DNA of 32,000 bases from Microthrixaceae bacterium. Its GTDB lineage: Bacteria; Actinomycetota; Acidimicrobiia; Acidimicrobiales; Microtrichaceae. This document shows positions 15,775 to 25,852 of this stretch, piece after piece. The notes under the pieces were generated by a model. It worked only from the letters and a program-made list of their open reading frames with translations, ran no database searches and was not told where the DNA came from. Position 1 is the first letter of the stretch. Each line of letters opens with the position of its first letter. A program made the translations under genes and the position numbers. Where the stretch lies: NCBI GenBank assembly GCA_023958095.1, contig JAMLGJ010000013.1, forward strand, positions 18,244-50,243, written 5' to 3'.

Positions 15775-16010
15775 TGAGGGGTCGCTTTCTGGGGGTCGGT
15801 GTCCGCCGTGGGTCGCACGCCGTGGGGGCGTCGTTCGCAACCGAGGCTAGCGACGGGGCGGCCCGCAGCGGTGGGACCACGTCGAGCGGTCCCCACAGGT
15901 GCTGTCGGACCGCTACGGGGTCGGTGCCGGACCGGGGCCAGTCGCCGGCATGGACCGGCACCACTCGGTGCGCGTAGGGGGACTCGAGGGGCCGGGCGGT
16001 ACCATCTGGG

Positions 16011-16439
16011 GTGATGGCCGACGTGAAGGAAGACCTGGACCGGCGCTGGAACGAGCTGGGCGACTTCATACGCGAACAGCGCGCGATCGGTGAGCTCTCG
16101 CTGCGGAAGCTCTCCGAGCGCGCAGGGGTGTCCAATCCCTACCTCTCGCAGATCGAGCGCGGGTTGCGCAGGCCGTCGGCGGAGATTCTCCAGCAGATAG
16201 CGCGTGCACTGGAGATCTCGGCCGAGACCCTCTACGTGCGAGCGGGGATCCTCGACGAGCCGACCGACGCGGTCGACCCGCTGGTGGAGATCAGGCGCGA
16301 CGGCCGCATCAGCGAGGACCAGCGCAAGACCCTGATACACATCTACGAGTCGTTCCTGCGGGAGAACGCGGCGGCCGACCCGGCCGATGGCCCGGTCGGG
16401 GTGGATGACGCCCCGCCCGAGGTGGCGGACCTACCCTGA
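16011..16439 (+). CDS. XRE-family helix-turn-helix transcriptional regulator
   Basis: The HTH block is LSLRKLSERAGVSNPYLSQIERGLRRPSAEILQQIARAL. The start is GTG 16011 or the adjacent ATG 16014. Confidence 0.8.
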   Translation: MMADVKEDLDRRWNELGDFIREQRAIGELSLRKLSERAGVSNPYLSQIERGLRRPSAEILQQIARALEISAETLYVRAGILDEPTDAVDPLVEIRRDGRISEDQRKTLIHIYESFLRENAAADPADGPVGVDDAPPEVADLP

Positions 16440-16486
16440 CGGCCATCCCGAGTGCCTCGGTCGGGAATCATCCTCGTGATCGGGAG

Positions 16487-17707
16487 TTGAATGAAGTCGT
16501 GGGTTCGGTAGCAATCCTGTCCATGCACACCTCGCCGCTCGTGCAGCCCGGTTCGGGCGACTCGGGTGGCATGAACGTGTACGTGAGGGAACTGGGAGGA
16601 TCGTTGGCCCGCGCCGGGGTTCCGGTGCGTGTCTACACACGTGCCGGCGCAGCCGGGGTGCCCGAGAGGGTGCAACTGGAGCCGGGCCTGGAGGTCATCA
16701 ACGTGCCCGCCGGTGGCTCCGATGTGCCCAAGGAACGTCTCGTGGACCACGTCGAGGAGTTCGCCGACGCGGTCGAGGCGGACCTGGTGGGAACCGACGT
16801 GGAGGTGCTCCACGCCAACTACTGGCTCTCCGCCGTGGCGGCACACCGAATCAAGCACCACCTGTCGATGCCGTTGGTGTCGACCTTCCACACCCTCGCC
16901 CGGGTCAAGGCCGAAGCGGGGGACCCCGAGCCCGAACAGCGAGCGGTGGCCGAGGAACAGGTGATCGGATGCAGCGACGCCATCTGTGTGTCCAACCCCG
17001 TGGAGGCAGAGCAGGTGCTCGACTTCTACGACGCCGATGCCGACCGGATCGAGGTCGTGCCCCCCGGGGTCGACCATGCGTTCTTCTCCCCGGGTGACCG
17101 CCGCGGAGCGCGTACGGCGCTCGGCCTGGACGACCGGCCGACGCTGCTGTTCGTGGGCAGGATCCAGCCGCTCAAGGGCCTCACCGTGGCGGTTCGGACC
17201 CTGCACGACCTCGAACACGACGACACGCGCCTGGTGGTCGTGGGTGGACCCTCGGGCCCCGATGGCGACAGGGAGTTCGACCGGGTGCAGTCGCTCGTGG
17301 CCGACCTGGGTCTCGTGGACCGTGTCGAGTTCGTGGATCCCCAGCCCCACCATGCGTTGTCCAGCTGGTACCGCAGTGCGGACGTCGTGCTCGTTCCGAG
17401 CCGTTCGGAGTCCTTCGGGCTGGTGGCCCTGGAGGCGGCGGCCTGCGGGGTGCCCGTCGTGGCCTCCGACGTGGGCGGGCTGAGGTCGCTGGTGGTGCAC
17501 GGACGCACCGGCTACCTGGCCGACCGGGACGACCCGAAGGCCAAGGCCGCACACGTCGACCGGCTCATAGGGGACCGGGCCCTCGCCGCCGGGATGGGGG
17601 CGGCGGCCGCGCAGCACGCGGGTCGGTACTCGTGGGCGGGCACCGCCGGCCGGTTGCGCCGCCTGTACACCGACCTTGCAAAGGGCGCACTCGTGGAGTG
17701 CGCGTGA
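16487..17707 (+). CDS. mshA: D-inositol-3-phosphate glycosyltransferase (mycothiol biosynthesis)
   Basis: The N-terminus VAILSMHTSPLVQPGSGDSGGMNVYVRELG is the MshA hallmark. The C-terminal GT4 block is ESFGLVALEAAACGVPVVASDVGGLRSLVVHGRTGYL. Confidence 0.85.
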   Translation: MNEVVGSVAILSMHTSPLVQPGSGDSGGMNVYVRELGGSLARAGVPVRVYTRAGAAGVPERVQLEPGLEVINVPAGGSDVPKERLVDHVEEFADAVEADLVGTDVEVLHANYWLSAVAAHRIKHHLSMPLVSTFHTLARVKAEAGDPEPEQRAVAEEQVIGCSDAICVSNPVEAEQVLDFYDADADRIEVVPPGVDHAFFSPGDRRGARTALGLDDRPTLLFVGRIQPLKGLTVAVRTLHDLEHDDTRLVVVGGPSGPDGDREFDRVQSLVADLGLVDRVEFVDPQPHHALSSWYRSADVVLVPSRSESFGLVALEAAACGVPVVASDVGGLRSLVVHGRTGYLADRDDPKAKAAHVDRLIGDRALAAGMGAAAAQHAGRYSWAGTAGRLRRLYTDLAKGALVECA

Positions 17708-18177
17708 CGGGCCCCGACGCGCCCCCGTCGGAAGCCGAACTGGGAGTGCTCGAGGAGCGCCTGGCGCGGTGGATGGCCACCCAACGGGTCGAGAACCCCG
17801 CGGTCGCCCACGTGGAGCGCGACCCCGAGCGCGGCACCCGGCGCTGGATGATGCGCCTCGAGGGTGAGGAGAAGGCGACCTTCACCGTGTGGTTCGAACT
17901 GCGCCAGCGCAGCCTGCACGCCGAGACCCACCTCGCACCCGCCCCGCTCGAGCCTCCGGCACGTGCCCAGGAGTACGTGTTGCGCTCGGTGCGGCGATTC
18001 CGCGGACTCACCGCATGGATCGGCGGGGAGGACGCTTTCTTCCTCGGCACCGACATGAGGGTCGAGTCCGTCGACGAAGCGGCGTTGGACCGGCTGCTGG
18101 GTTCGCTGTACGAGGCCACCGAGCACATGTTCAGGCCGCTCATGCAGCTGGGCTACGGCGAACGCTTCAAGGGCTGA
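17704..18177 (+). CDS. YbjN domain-containing protein
   Basis: GTG 17704 overlaps the mshA stop (GTGA at 17704-17707) and is in frame with track ORF 17632..18177. The sequence pattern (RWMMRLEGEEKATFTVWFELRQRSLHAE) and the position after mshA match the actinobacterial YbjN-like gene. Confidence 0.65.
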   Translation: MTGPDAPPSEAELGVLEERLARWMATQRVENPAVAHVERDPERGTRRWMMRLEGEEKATFTVWFELRQRSLHAETHLAPAPLEPPARAQEYVLRSVRRFRGLTAWIGGEDAFFLGTDMRVESVDEAALDRLLGSLYEATEHMFRPLMQLGYGERFKG

Positions 18178-18260
18178 GCCGCCCTTCGCGGTCCGCCTCG
18201 TGGCCAACGGGCCGGACGGCCCGGTGACCACGGGGCGCCACGTTCCTAGGTTGTGCCCAT

Positions 18261-18300
18261 GGGCCGACCGGGCCGAACGGGGAAGCGGTTCGGTCGGCCC
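18261..18300 (+). terminator. putative stem-loop between the YbjN-like gene and proC (no U-tract)
   Basis: GGGCCGACCG (18261-18270) and CGGTCGGCCC (18291-18300) are perfect 10-nt complements, and the inner 20 nt can pair further. It could be a terminator or a proC leader structure. Confidence 0.35.
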
Positions 18301-18322
18301 GTACCACCGGTAACCTTCGGCG

Positions 18323-19114
18323 ATGGTCACCTTGCAGTTCATCGGCGGTGGTCGCATGGCAGAGGCCCTCGTGGCCGGGTTGCTCGCGGATGCGCGCCGC
18401 GCCCCGGGCGACCTGCGGGTCGTGGAGGTCTCCGAGCAGCGACGGGCATACCTGGCCGGGGAGTTCCCGGGCCTCGAGGTGGCCTCCGAGGTCTCCGACT
18501 GCGAGGGCCTGGTCGTGGCCACCAAGCCCGATGCCGTGGTGGAAGCGCTGCGTGCAGCGGGCTCCCACCGGGTGGGAAGGGTGCTCTCGATCGCCGCTGG
18601 TGTCGCAACCGCGACCATCGAGGCCGCACTGGGCGGGGGTCGCGACGTGGCGGTCATCAGGGCGATGCCGAACACCCCGGCCCTGGTGGGCCGTGGGGCC
18701 ACGGCCATCTGTGGCGGCTCCTCCGCAGCGGAGGAGGACCTCGAATGGGCCGAGGCACTGCTCGGTGCGGTGGGTGTGGTCGAACGGGTGCCCGAATCCC
18801 TGATGGACGCGGTCACCGGCCTGTCCGGTTCCGGGCCGGCCTATGTGTTCCTCGTGGCCGAGGCGCTCGTGGAGGCCGGAGTGCTCAACGGACTGCCCCG
18901 CGACACCGCCACCCGGCTCGCCACCCAGACCCTGCTGGGCGCCGCCACCCTGTTGTCGCGGAGCGACCAGGGTGCCGAGGAGCTGCGGGCGATGGTGACT
19001 TCACCGGGCGGGACCACCGCGGAGGCGCTCTCGGTCCTCGAGGACCGGGGGGTGCGCTCGGCCTTCATGGCGGCCGTGAGCGCGGCGGCGCGCCGCTCCG
19101 CCGAGTTGGGCTGA
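18323..19114 (+). CDS. proC: pyrroline-5-carboxylate reductase
   Basis: N-terminal Rossmann block LQFIGGGRMAEALVAGLL, plus MPNTPALVG and the signature MVTSPGGTTAEAL. Confidence 0.9.
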   Translation: MVTLQFIGGGRMAEALVAGLLADARRAPGDLRVVEVSEQRRAYLAGEFPGLEVASEVSDCEGLVVATKPDAVVEALRAAGSHRVGRVLSIAAGVATATIEAALGGGRDVAVIRAMPNTPALVGRGATAICGGSSAAEEDLEWAEALLGAVGVVERVPESLMDAVTGLSGSGPAYVFLVAEALVEAGVLNGLPRDTATRLATQTLLGAATLLSRSDQGAEELRAMVTSPGGTTAEALSVLEDRGVRSAFMAAVSAAARRSAELG

Positions 19115-19165
19115 CCGGCCCGGACCGGCGGCGCTAACGCGGGCCGCCGGCGCGGCACTACCGTC

Positions 19166-20131
19166 GTGACCCCGATGGGTGATGACGCGAGTTCCCCGGC
19201 CGCCGGCGGTGTTCCCGAGGCGCAGCCCCTGGTGCACCGACACGTGTCGTTGCTGTCGGACTACGGCCACGCCGACGAGTCGGTCGGGGTGGTGCACTCG
19301 GTCATCAAGGCGCTGGCGCCCGGTGTGGACGTGATCGACATCACCCACGGCATCGCCCCCTACGACGTGAGGGGTGCCGCGCTGGCCCTCGCCCGAAGCG
19401 TCCAGTACATGTGCCCCGGGGTGGTCGTGGCGATGGTCGACCCGGGTGCCGGTTCGGGCCGACGGGCGGTGGCGGTGGAGGTCGGTGGGGGTTCGTCGTT
19501 CCTGCTCGGACCCGACAACGGGATACTCGCTCCCGCGGTGTCGATGGTCGGCGGTGCCACCGCGGCCGTGGAGCTCGACAACTCCGAACACCACCTCGAG
19601 GCGCCGGGACCGGCCTTCTCGGGCCGTGACGTGTTCGCCCCGGTGGCGGCCTCGTTGTGCCGTGGGGTGCCCCTGGCCGAGCTGGGTTCCTCGATCGACC
19701 CCGTGAGCCTGTTGCCGGGAACGCTGCCGCTCTCGCGCACCGAGCCCGACGGGATCCACACCGAGGTGTTGTGGGTGGACAGGTTCGGGAACGTGCAGCT
19801 GAACCTCGACCCCGAGGAACTCGACGGCCCCGGTACGCGCTTCGAGCTGGGCTTCGCCGGCCAGCGGCTGCTCGCGGAGCGAGTCAGTTCCTTCGGAGCG
19901 CTGTCCACCGGTGCGGTGGGGCTCATGGTCGACAGCCACGGGCTGGTGTCGCTGGTGGCCGACCGGGCCTCCGCGTCGGAGCAGACCGGCCTCGTCGAGG
20001 GTGACGAGGTGGTGATCTCCGCCGCCGGTGAGTCCCCACCTGCGCCGGATGGGGACGGGCCCCCCGCCATCGCGGTGGAGCTGGGACCCCGCCCGGGAGC
20101 CACCGGCGACGAAGGGCAGGTGGGCCGGTGA
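19166..20131 (+). CDS. SAM hydrolase / SAM-dependent halogenase (DUF62) family protein
   Basis: Blocks LLSDYGHADESVGVVHSVI, VIDITHGIAPYDVRGAA, VVAMVDPGAGSGRR, LGPDNGIL, FSGRDVFAP and VLWVDRFGNVQLN follow the DUF62/5'-halo-5'-deoxyadenosine synthase family pattern. The start is uncertain (GTG 19166, ATG 19175 or later). Confidence 0.75.
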   Translation: MTPMGDDASSPAAGGVPEAQPLVHRHVSLLSDYGHADESVGVVHSVIKALAPGVDVIDITHGIAPYDVRGAALALARSVQYMCPGVVVAMVDPGAGSGRRAVAVEVGGGSSFLLGPDNGILAPAVSMVGGATAAVELDNSEHHLEAPGPAFSGRDVFAPVAASLCRGVPLAELGSSIDPVSLLPGTLPLSRTEPDGIHTEVLWVDRFGNVQLNLDPEELDGPGTRFELGFAGQRLLAERVSSFGALSTGAVGLMVDSHGLVSLVADRASASEQTGLVEGDEVVISAAGESPPAPDGDGPPAIAVELGPRPGATGDEGQVGR

Positions 20132-20136
20132 GGCGC

Positions 20137-20217
20137 ATGACGACCATCGTGATCGTGTTCCTGTTGCTGCTCGTGGTGGGGGCGTCGTTCCTCCAGCTCG
20201 TGATCCTCGCCCCCTGA
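20137..20217 (+). CDS. candidate 26-aa hydrophobic micro-protein (single TM)
   Basis: Absent from the ORF track because it is too short. The atg at 20137 through the tga at 20215-20217 translates to MTTIVIVFLLLLVVGASFLQLVILAP. By my count, all 26 sense codons end in G or C. It starts 6 nt after the upstream stop, and the RBS is weak. Confidence 0.4.
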   Translation: MTTIVIVFLLLLVVGASFLQLVILAP

Positions 20218-20262
20218 TTCGGCGGATCGGCGCGAACCGGCATCCTCTATTGTCTGGCTGCG

Positions 20263-21747
<1,485 letters not shown>

Positions 21748-21768
<21 letters not shown>

Positions 21769-21844
21769 AGCGGAGCGCATCGAGCACTGAAGCGGAGCGC
21801 ATCGAGCACTGAAGCGGAGCGCATCGAGCACTGAAGCGGAGCGC
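21748..21844. repeat. 22-bp tandem repeat: four perfect copies plus a 9-nt partial copy, each full copy containing the fadD stop codon
   Basis: The unit gcggagcgcatcgagcactgaa occurs at 21748-21769, 21770-21791, 21792-21813 and 21814-21835, followed by gcggagcgc at 21836-21844. The first copy encodes the last residues AERIEH plus the stop of fadD. Confidence 0.95.
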
Positions 21845-21909
21845 CCCGGGCACCGGGCTGTCCGCCGGGGCCGGGCCGGTCGCCCTCCCCGTGAGGAGGC
21901 ACCCCAACT

Positions 21910-21927
21910 TTGTGAATTCTTGCACGA
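21910..21927 (+). promoter_or_regulatory. candidate Rex operator (ROP-like site) upstream of rex
   Basis: TTGTGAA-ttct-TGCACGA lies 19 nt upstream of the rex ATG. The left half is a perfect match to the Rex consensus TTGTGAA-N4-TTCACAA; the right half matches 5 of 7 positions. Confidence 0.5.
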
Positions 21928-21945
21928 GGGCGGTACCTTCGGGCG

Positions 21946-22623
21946 ATGCCAGGCCGTACCCCGGAACCTGGGGAGGACCCCAGGGAGATCCCAGACGCGA
22001 CGATCGTGAGGCTGCCGCTGTACCACCGCGCGTTGATGGCCCTGGACCGTGCCGGCGAGTCGACGGTGTCCTCGGAGCAGCTGGCATCCATCGCGGGGGT
22101 CAACGCCGCGAAGGTGCGCAAGGACCTGTCCTACTTCGGCAGCTTCGGAACCCGCGGGGTCGGCTACGACGTGCCACAGCTGCTCTCGGAGGTGCGGGCG
22201 CATCTCGGCATCCAGCGTTCCCGCAACTGCATAGTGGTGGGCGCCGGCCATCTCGGTACGGCACTGCTCACCTTCGCCGGCTTCGCGGACCGGGGGTTCA
22301 GCGTCGTGGCCGCCGTCGACGTCGACCCCGATCGGGTGGGGTCCCGCATCGGAGGTATCGAGGTGGGCCACCAGGACGACCTCGACCGGCTGGTGCGCGA
22401 GAACGACGTCGTGATCGCGCTCCTGTCCACACCACCCGAAGCGGCCCAGCAGGTCGCCGACGACCTGGTGGCGGCCGGGGTCAGGTCGATACTGAACTTC
22501 GCCCCGACGTTGATCGAGGCACCCGAGGAAGTGGTCGTCCGCAACGTCGACCTCGCCTCGGAGCTCGAGATACTGGCCTTCCACGAAGGGCGTCGCGACA
22601 ACGAGGTGGCTCCGGCGTCATGA
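21946..22623 (+). CDS. rex: redox-sensing transcriptional repressor Rex
   Basis: N-terminal winged-helix block ATIVRLPLYHRAL...SSEQLA...GVNAAKVRKDLSYFGSFGTRGVGY, the Rossmann motif VVGAGHLGTAL, and C-terminal ILNFAP. Confidence 0.9.
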   Translation: MPGRTPEPGEDPREIPDATIVRLPLYHRALMALDRAGESTVSSEQLASIAGVNAAKVRKDLSYFGSFGTRGVGYDVPQLLSEVRAHLGIQRSRNCIVVGAGHLGTALLTFAGFADRGFSVVAAVDVDPDRVGSRIGGIEVGHQDDLDRLVRENDVVIALLSTPPEAAQQVADDLVAAGVRSILNFAPTLIEAPEEVVVRNVDLASELEILAFHEGRRDNEVAPAS

Positions 22624-22633
22624 GGTCGTCGTC

Positions 22634-22658
22634 GCACCTCGGGCGTTCGCTGAGGTGC
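22634..22658 (+). terminator. putative stem-loop just after rex (possible attenuator/terminator before hemA)
   Basis: GCACCTC (22634-22640) and GAGGTGC (22652-22658) are perfect complements around an 11-nt loop and are followed by TT. The function is not established. Confidence 0.3.
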
Positions 22659-22797
22659 TTCGGTGACCGCGGTATTACGATGGGCGTGACGTCGCTGTCG
22701 AAGCGAACACAGCTGTCGACACGGCGGGCGACGACCCGGGTTCGGTGCGCGATCCCGGATCGGCCGGCAGTGTCGAGGAACTAGGAGCGCCGTAGGC

Positions 22798-24090
22798 GTG
22801 TCGATCGTTGTAGTCGGAGCCAACCACAGGACCGCTCCTCTCGAGTTGCTCGAGCGGATGTCGGTTCGCGGCGACTCCCTGCCGAAGATGCTCCACGACC
22901 TCTGCACCGGGGAGCACACCTCCGAGGCGGTCGTGCTGGCGACCTGCAACCGCACCGAGGTGTACCTGGTCGCCGAGCGTTTCCACGGTGCCTTCGGAGA
23001 GGTGCGCAACTTCTTTTCCGACCTCACCTTCCTGCCGCCCGAACGATTCGCCGACAGCCTGTACGTCCACTACGACGACCAGGCGGTGACCCACCTCTTC
23101 GAGGTGGCCGCGGGACTGGACTCGGCGGTTCCGGGGGAACACGAGATCCTCGGGCAGGTCCGTACCGCCTGGGAGGTCGCACGTTCCGAACAGGCCGCGC
23201 AGCGGGGCCTCAACCTGCTGTTCCGCCATGCGCTGGAGGTCGGCAAGCGAGCACGCACCGAGACCGCCATCGGAAGGCAGAGCACCTCGGTGTCGCACGC
23301 CGCGGTGCGCATGGCGACCGAACGGCTCGGCTCCCTGGAGGGACGCCGGGCGGTCGTCGTGGGTGCCGGCACGATGGGTCGCCGCCTCGCACGCTTCCTG
23401 GGCGAGGCGGGCGTGGGTGAGCTGGTGGTCGTCAACCGGACCCCGCAGAGGGCCGAGGCGATGCTCCGGGAGCTGCAACTCGATGCGGTCGTGTCGGGCC
23501 TCGGGGACCTGCACCACCACCTGGGTGCTGCCGACGTGCTGTTCTCGGCCACGGAGGCCCCCGAGCCGGTCGTGGGCCACGTGGCGGCGGACGCCGCCGG
23601 GGCCGACCAGGACCGGGTCAGGCTCGCGCTCGACGGGCGCCGCGAACCGCTGCTGGCGATCGACCTGGCGGTGCCCCGCGACATCGATCCATCGCTGGGC
23701 GAGTCGGACTCGGTGGTGCTGCTCGACATGACCGCGGTCGCGCAGACGACCGAGCAGGCCGTGGGTGAGCGCCAACGCGAAGCCCTCGCGGTGAGGCGCA
23801 TCGTCGACGAGGAGGTCGCCCGCTACACCGCGGCATCCTCGGCCCGTGAGGTGGCGCCACTCATCGCCAGCGTGAGGCAGCGTGCCGAGACCGTCCGCAG
23901 CTCCGAGCTGGATCGCTTCGCGAAGGCGCTGGCGGGACTCGACGCCTCACAGCGCGAAGCGGTCGAGGCGCTCACCAAGGGGATCGTGGCGAAGCTGCTC
24001 CATGAGCCGACGGTACGGCTCAAGGACTCCGCCGGCTCCTCCCAGGGCGACCGTCTCGCCACCTCGGTCGCCGAGCTGTTCGACCTGTAG
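22798..24090 (+). CDS. hemA: glutamyl-tRNA reductase
   Basis: GTG start with AGGAG 10 nt upstream. Blocks are VVGANHRTAPLELLERMSV, the catalytic-Cys block VLATCNRTEVY, and the NADPH-binding VVVGAGTMGRR. Confidence 0.9.
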   Translation: MSIVVVGANHRTAPLELLERMSVRGDSLPKMLHDLCTGEHTSEAVVLATCNRTEVYLVAERFHGAFGEVRNFFSDLTFLPPERFADSLYVHYDDQAVTHLFEVAAGLDSAVPGEHEILGQVRTAWEVARSEQAAQRGLNLLFRHALEVGKRARTETAIGRQSTSVSHAAVRMATERLGSLEGRRAVVVGAGTMGRRLARFLGEAGVGELVVVNRTPQRAEAMLRELQLDAVVSGLGDLHHHLGAADVLFSATEAPEPVVGHVAADAAGADQDRVRLALDGRREPLLAIDLAVPRDIDPSLGESDSVVLLDMTAVAQTTEQAVGERQREALAVRRIVDEEVARYTAASSAREVAPLIASVRQRAETVRSSELDRFAKALAGLDASQREAVEALTKGIVAKLLHEPTVRLKDSAGSSQGDRLATSVAELFDL

Positions 24091-24095
24091 CCGCC

Positions 24096-25037
24096 GTGAC
24101 CCTGCGGATAGCGACCAGGGCATCCAGCCTGGCGCGGTGGCAGGCCGACCACGTCGCCCAGCTGCTCGCCCGGGTGCGCCCGGAACGGGCCGTGGAGATC
24201 GTCCCGTTGAGCACCGAGGGTGACCGGCGCACCGACGTGCCGCTGGCGGAGATCGGCGGCAAGGGGGTGTTCTGCAAGGAGGTGCAGCGTGCGGTGCTCG
24301 CCGGCGAGGCGGACGTGGCGGTCCATTCGGCCAAGGACCTGCCGGCGCTCACCACACCGGGGTTGGTGCTGGCAGCGGTGCCACGGCGGGGTGAACCCCG
24401 TGATGCCCTCGTGGGAGCCGGGACCGAGGAGCTGCGCAGGATCGCCGGGACCGGGCGGGTCCCGGTCGTGGCGAGCGGTTCCGCCAGGCGGCGCGTGCAG
24501 CTCGCGGGGCTGCTCGGGACCGTCGAGTTCGCGGAGCTGCGCGGAAACATGGCCACTCGCCTGGATCGGGCCGGATCCTTCGATGCGATAGTGGTCGCGA
24601 CGGTTGCACTGCAACGACTCGGCCTCGCGGACCGGCTCACCGAGGTGCTCCCCGAAACGGTGATGGTCCCGCAGGTCGGCCAGGGGGCTCTCGCGGTGGA
24701 GTGCCGCGCCGGGGACGACGAAACCGTCGCCCTGCTCGGGAGCATCGAGGACCGGCCCTCCCGGACCGCGGTCGATGCCGAACGCGGCTTCCTCGCGGAG
24801 CTCGGCGGCGACTGCTCACTGCCCGCGGGTGCACACTGCAGGTTCACCGACGCCGGGACACTGCGGCTCGACGCGGTTCTCGCCTCGTCGGTTCCCCCCA
24901 CCGGGAAGGTCCTCCAGGCGGACGTCGATGGCGGTGACGGTTGGAGCCTCGCGCGCACGACCCTGCAGGGGACCGACGCCACGGAGCTGGGACGCAGTGC
25001 GGCGCGGGAGCTGCGGGGCAGGGTCACCGCGCGGTGA
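24096..25037 (+). CDS. hemC: hydroxymethylbilane synthase (porphobilinogen deaminase)
   Basis: Blocks LRIATRASSLARWQA and RGNMATRL, plus the cofactor-Cys block LGGDCSLPAGAH. Confidence 0.9.
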   Translation: MTLRIATRASSLARWQADHVAQLLARVRPERAVEIVPLSTEGDRRTDVPLAEIGGKGVFCKEVQRAVLAGEADVAVHSAKDLPALTTPGLVLAAVPRRGEPRDALVGAGTEELRRIAGTGRVPVVASGSARRRVQLAGLLGTVEFAELRGNMATRLDRAGSFDAIVVATVALQRLGLADRLTEVLPETVMVPQVGQGALAVECRAGDDETVALLGSIEDRPSRTAVDAERGFLAELGGDCSLPAGAHCRFTDAGTLRLDAVLASSVPPTGKVLQADVDGGDGWSLARTTLQGTDATELGRSAARELRGRVTAR

Positions 25038-25795
25038 CCGGGCGACCACTCGCCGGACGGAGCGTGGTCGTGACACGTGCGGCCGACCGCGCTGCGGGCG
25101 AGGTCGCCCTGATCGAGGAGCTCGGCGGCGAGGCACTGCTCGCCCCGACGATCCGGATCGTGGAACCCTCCGATGGGGGCGCGGCGCTCAGCGCGGCGAG
25201 GTCGTCGCTGGTCTCCGCGACGGCTCGGCGCCGCCCCGACTGGCTGCTGTTCACCTCCGCCAACGCGGTGGCTGCCTTCCTCGGCGACGGTGACCTCACG
25301 GGGGCACTGGAAGGAATCGCGGTGGCCGCCGTGGGGGTGAGGACCGCGCAGGCCCTCGAGGGTGCCGGGGTGGGCGTCGACCTGGTGCCCGAGCGGTTCG
25401 TCGCCGAGTCCCTGCTGGCGGCCTTCCCCGAGCCACCAGCCGGCGGGCTGGTGTGGTTCCCACGGGCCGAGGTGGCACGCGAGGTGCTGCCGGAGGGCCT
25501 GGCGAGGATGGGATGGCAGGTCGAGGTGATCCCCGCCTACCGGACCGTCGCCGCCCGGCCGGGAGAGGCGCTGCGCTCAGAGGTGCGGCGCGCGGACGCG
25601 GTGGTGTTCGCATCGGCCTCCGCGGTGACAGGCTTCGTGGACGCCTACGGCACCGCGACCCCACCGGTGGTTGCGGCCATCGGTCCCGTCACCGCGGAGC
25701 GTGCCCGGCAGCTCGGGATCGAGGTGCAGGTGCAGCCCGAGGAGCACACACTCGATGCGACCATCCGGGCGCTCGCCGAGCACCTCACCCGCTGA
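25034..25795 (+). CDS. hemD: uroporphyrinogen-III synthase
   Basis: GTG 25034 overlaps the hemC stop (GTGA). The LAGRSVVVTRA start, the later FTSANAV and FASASAV blocks, and the position between hemC and hemB fit HemD. Confidence 0.75.
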   Translation: MTGRPLAGRSVVVTRAADRAAGEVALIEELGGEALLAPTIRIVEPSDGGAALSAARSSLVSATARRRPDWLLFTSANAVAAFLGDGDLTGALEGIAVAAVGVRTAQALEGAGVGVDLVPERFVAESLLAAFPEPPAGGLVWFPRAEVAREVLPEGLARMGWQVEVIPAYRTVAARPGEALRSEVRRADAVVFASASAVTGFVDAYGTATPPVVAAIGPVTAERARQLGIEVQVQPEEHTLDATIRALAEHLTR

Positions 25796-25852
25796 GGTGC
25801 CGGCCGTGCGGTCGCGGGTTGCGCAGCCTCGGCTGGCTCTTAGGATTGCGAG

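Noticed and set aside
15841-16010. Several inverted repeats, such as GGTGCCGG...CCGGCACC and GTGGGACC...GGTCCCCAC, in the divergent region between the RsiG-like and XRE genes, considered as operator sites.
   Set aside because: Short GC-only inverted repeats are expected by chance at this base composition. Without comparative data I cannot distinguish them from background.
16343-17617. A 424-aa minus-strand ORF antisense to mshA. The same applies to 3644..4795, 17512..18816, 19001..20386, 21184..22584, 22675..23775 and 25577..26716.
   Set aside because: All are antisense to confidently identified housekeeping genes and have low-complexity Arg/Pro/Gly-rich translations.
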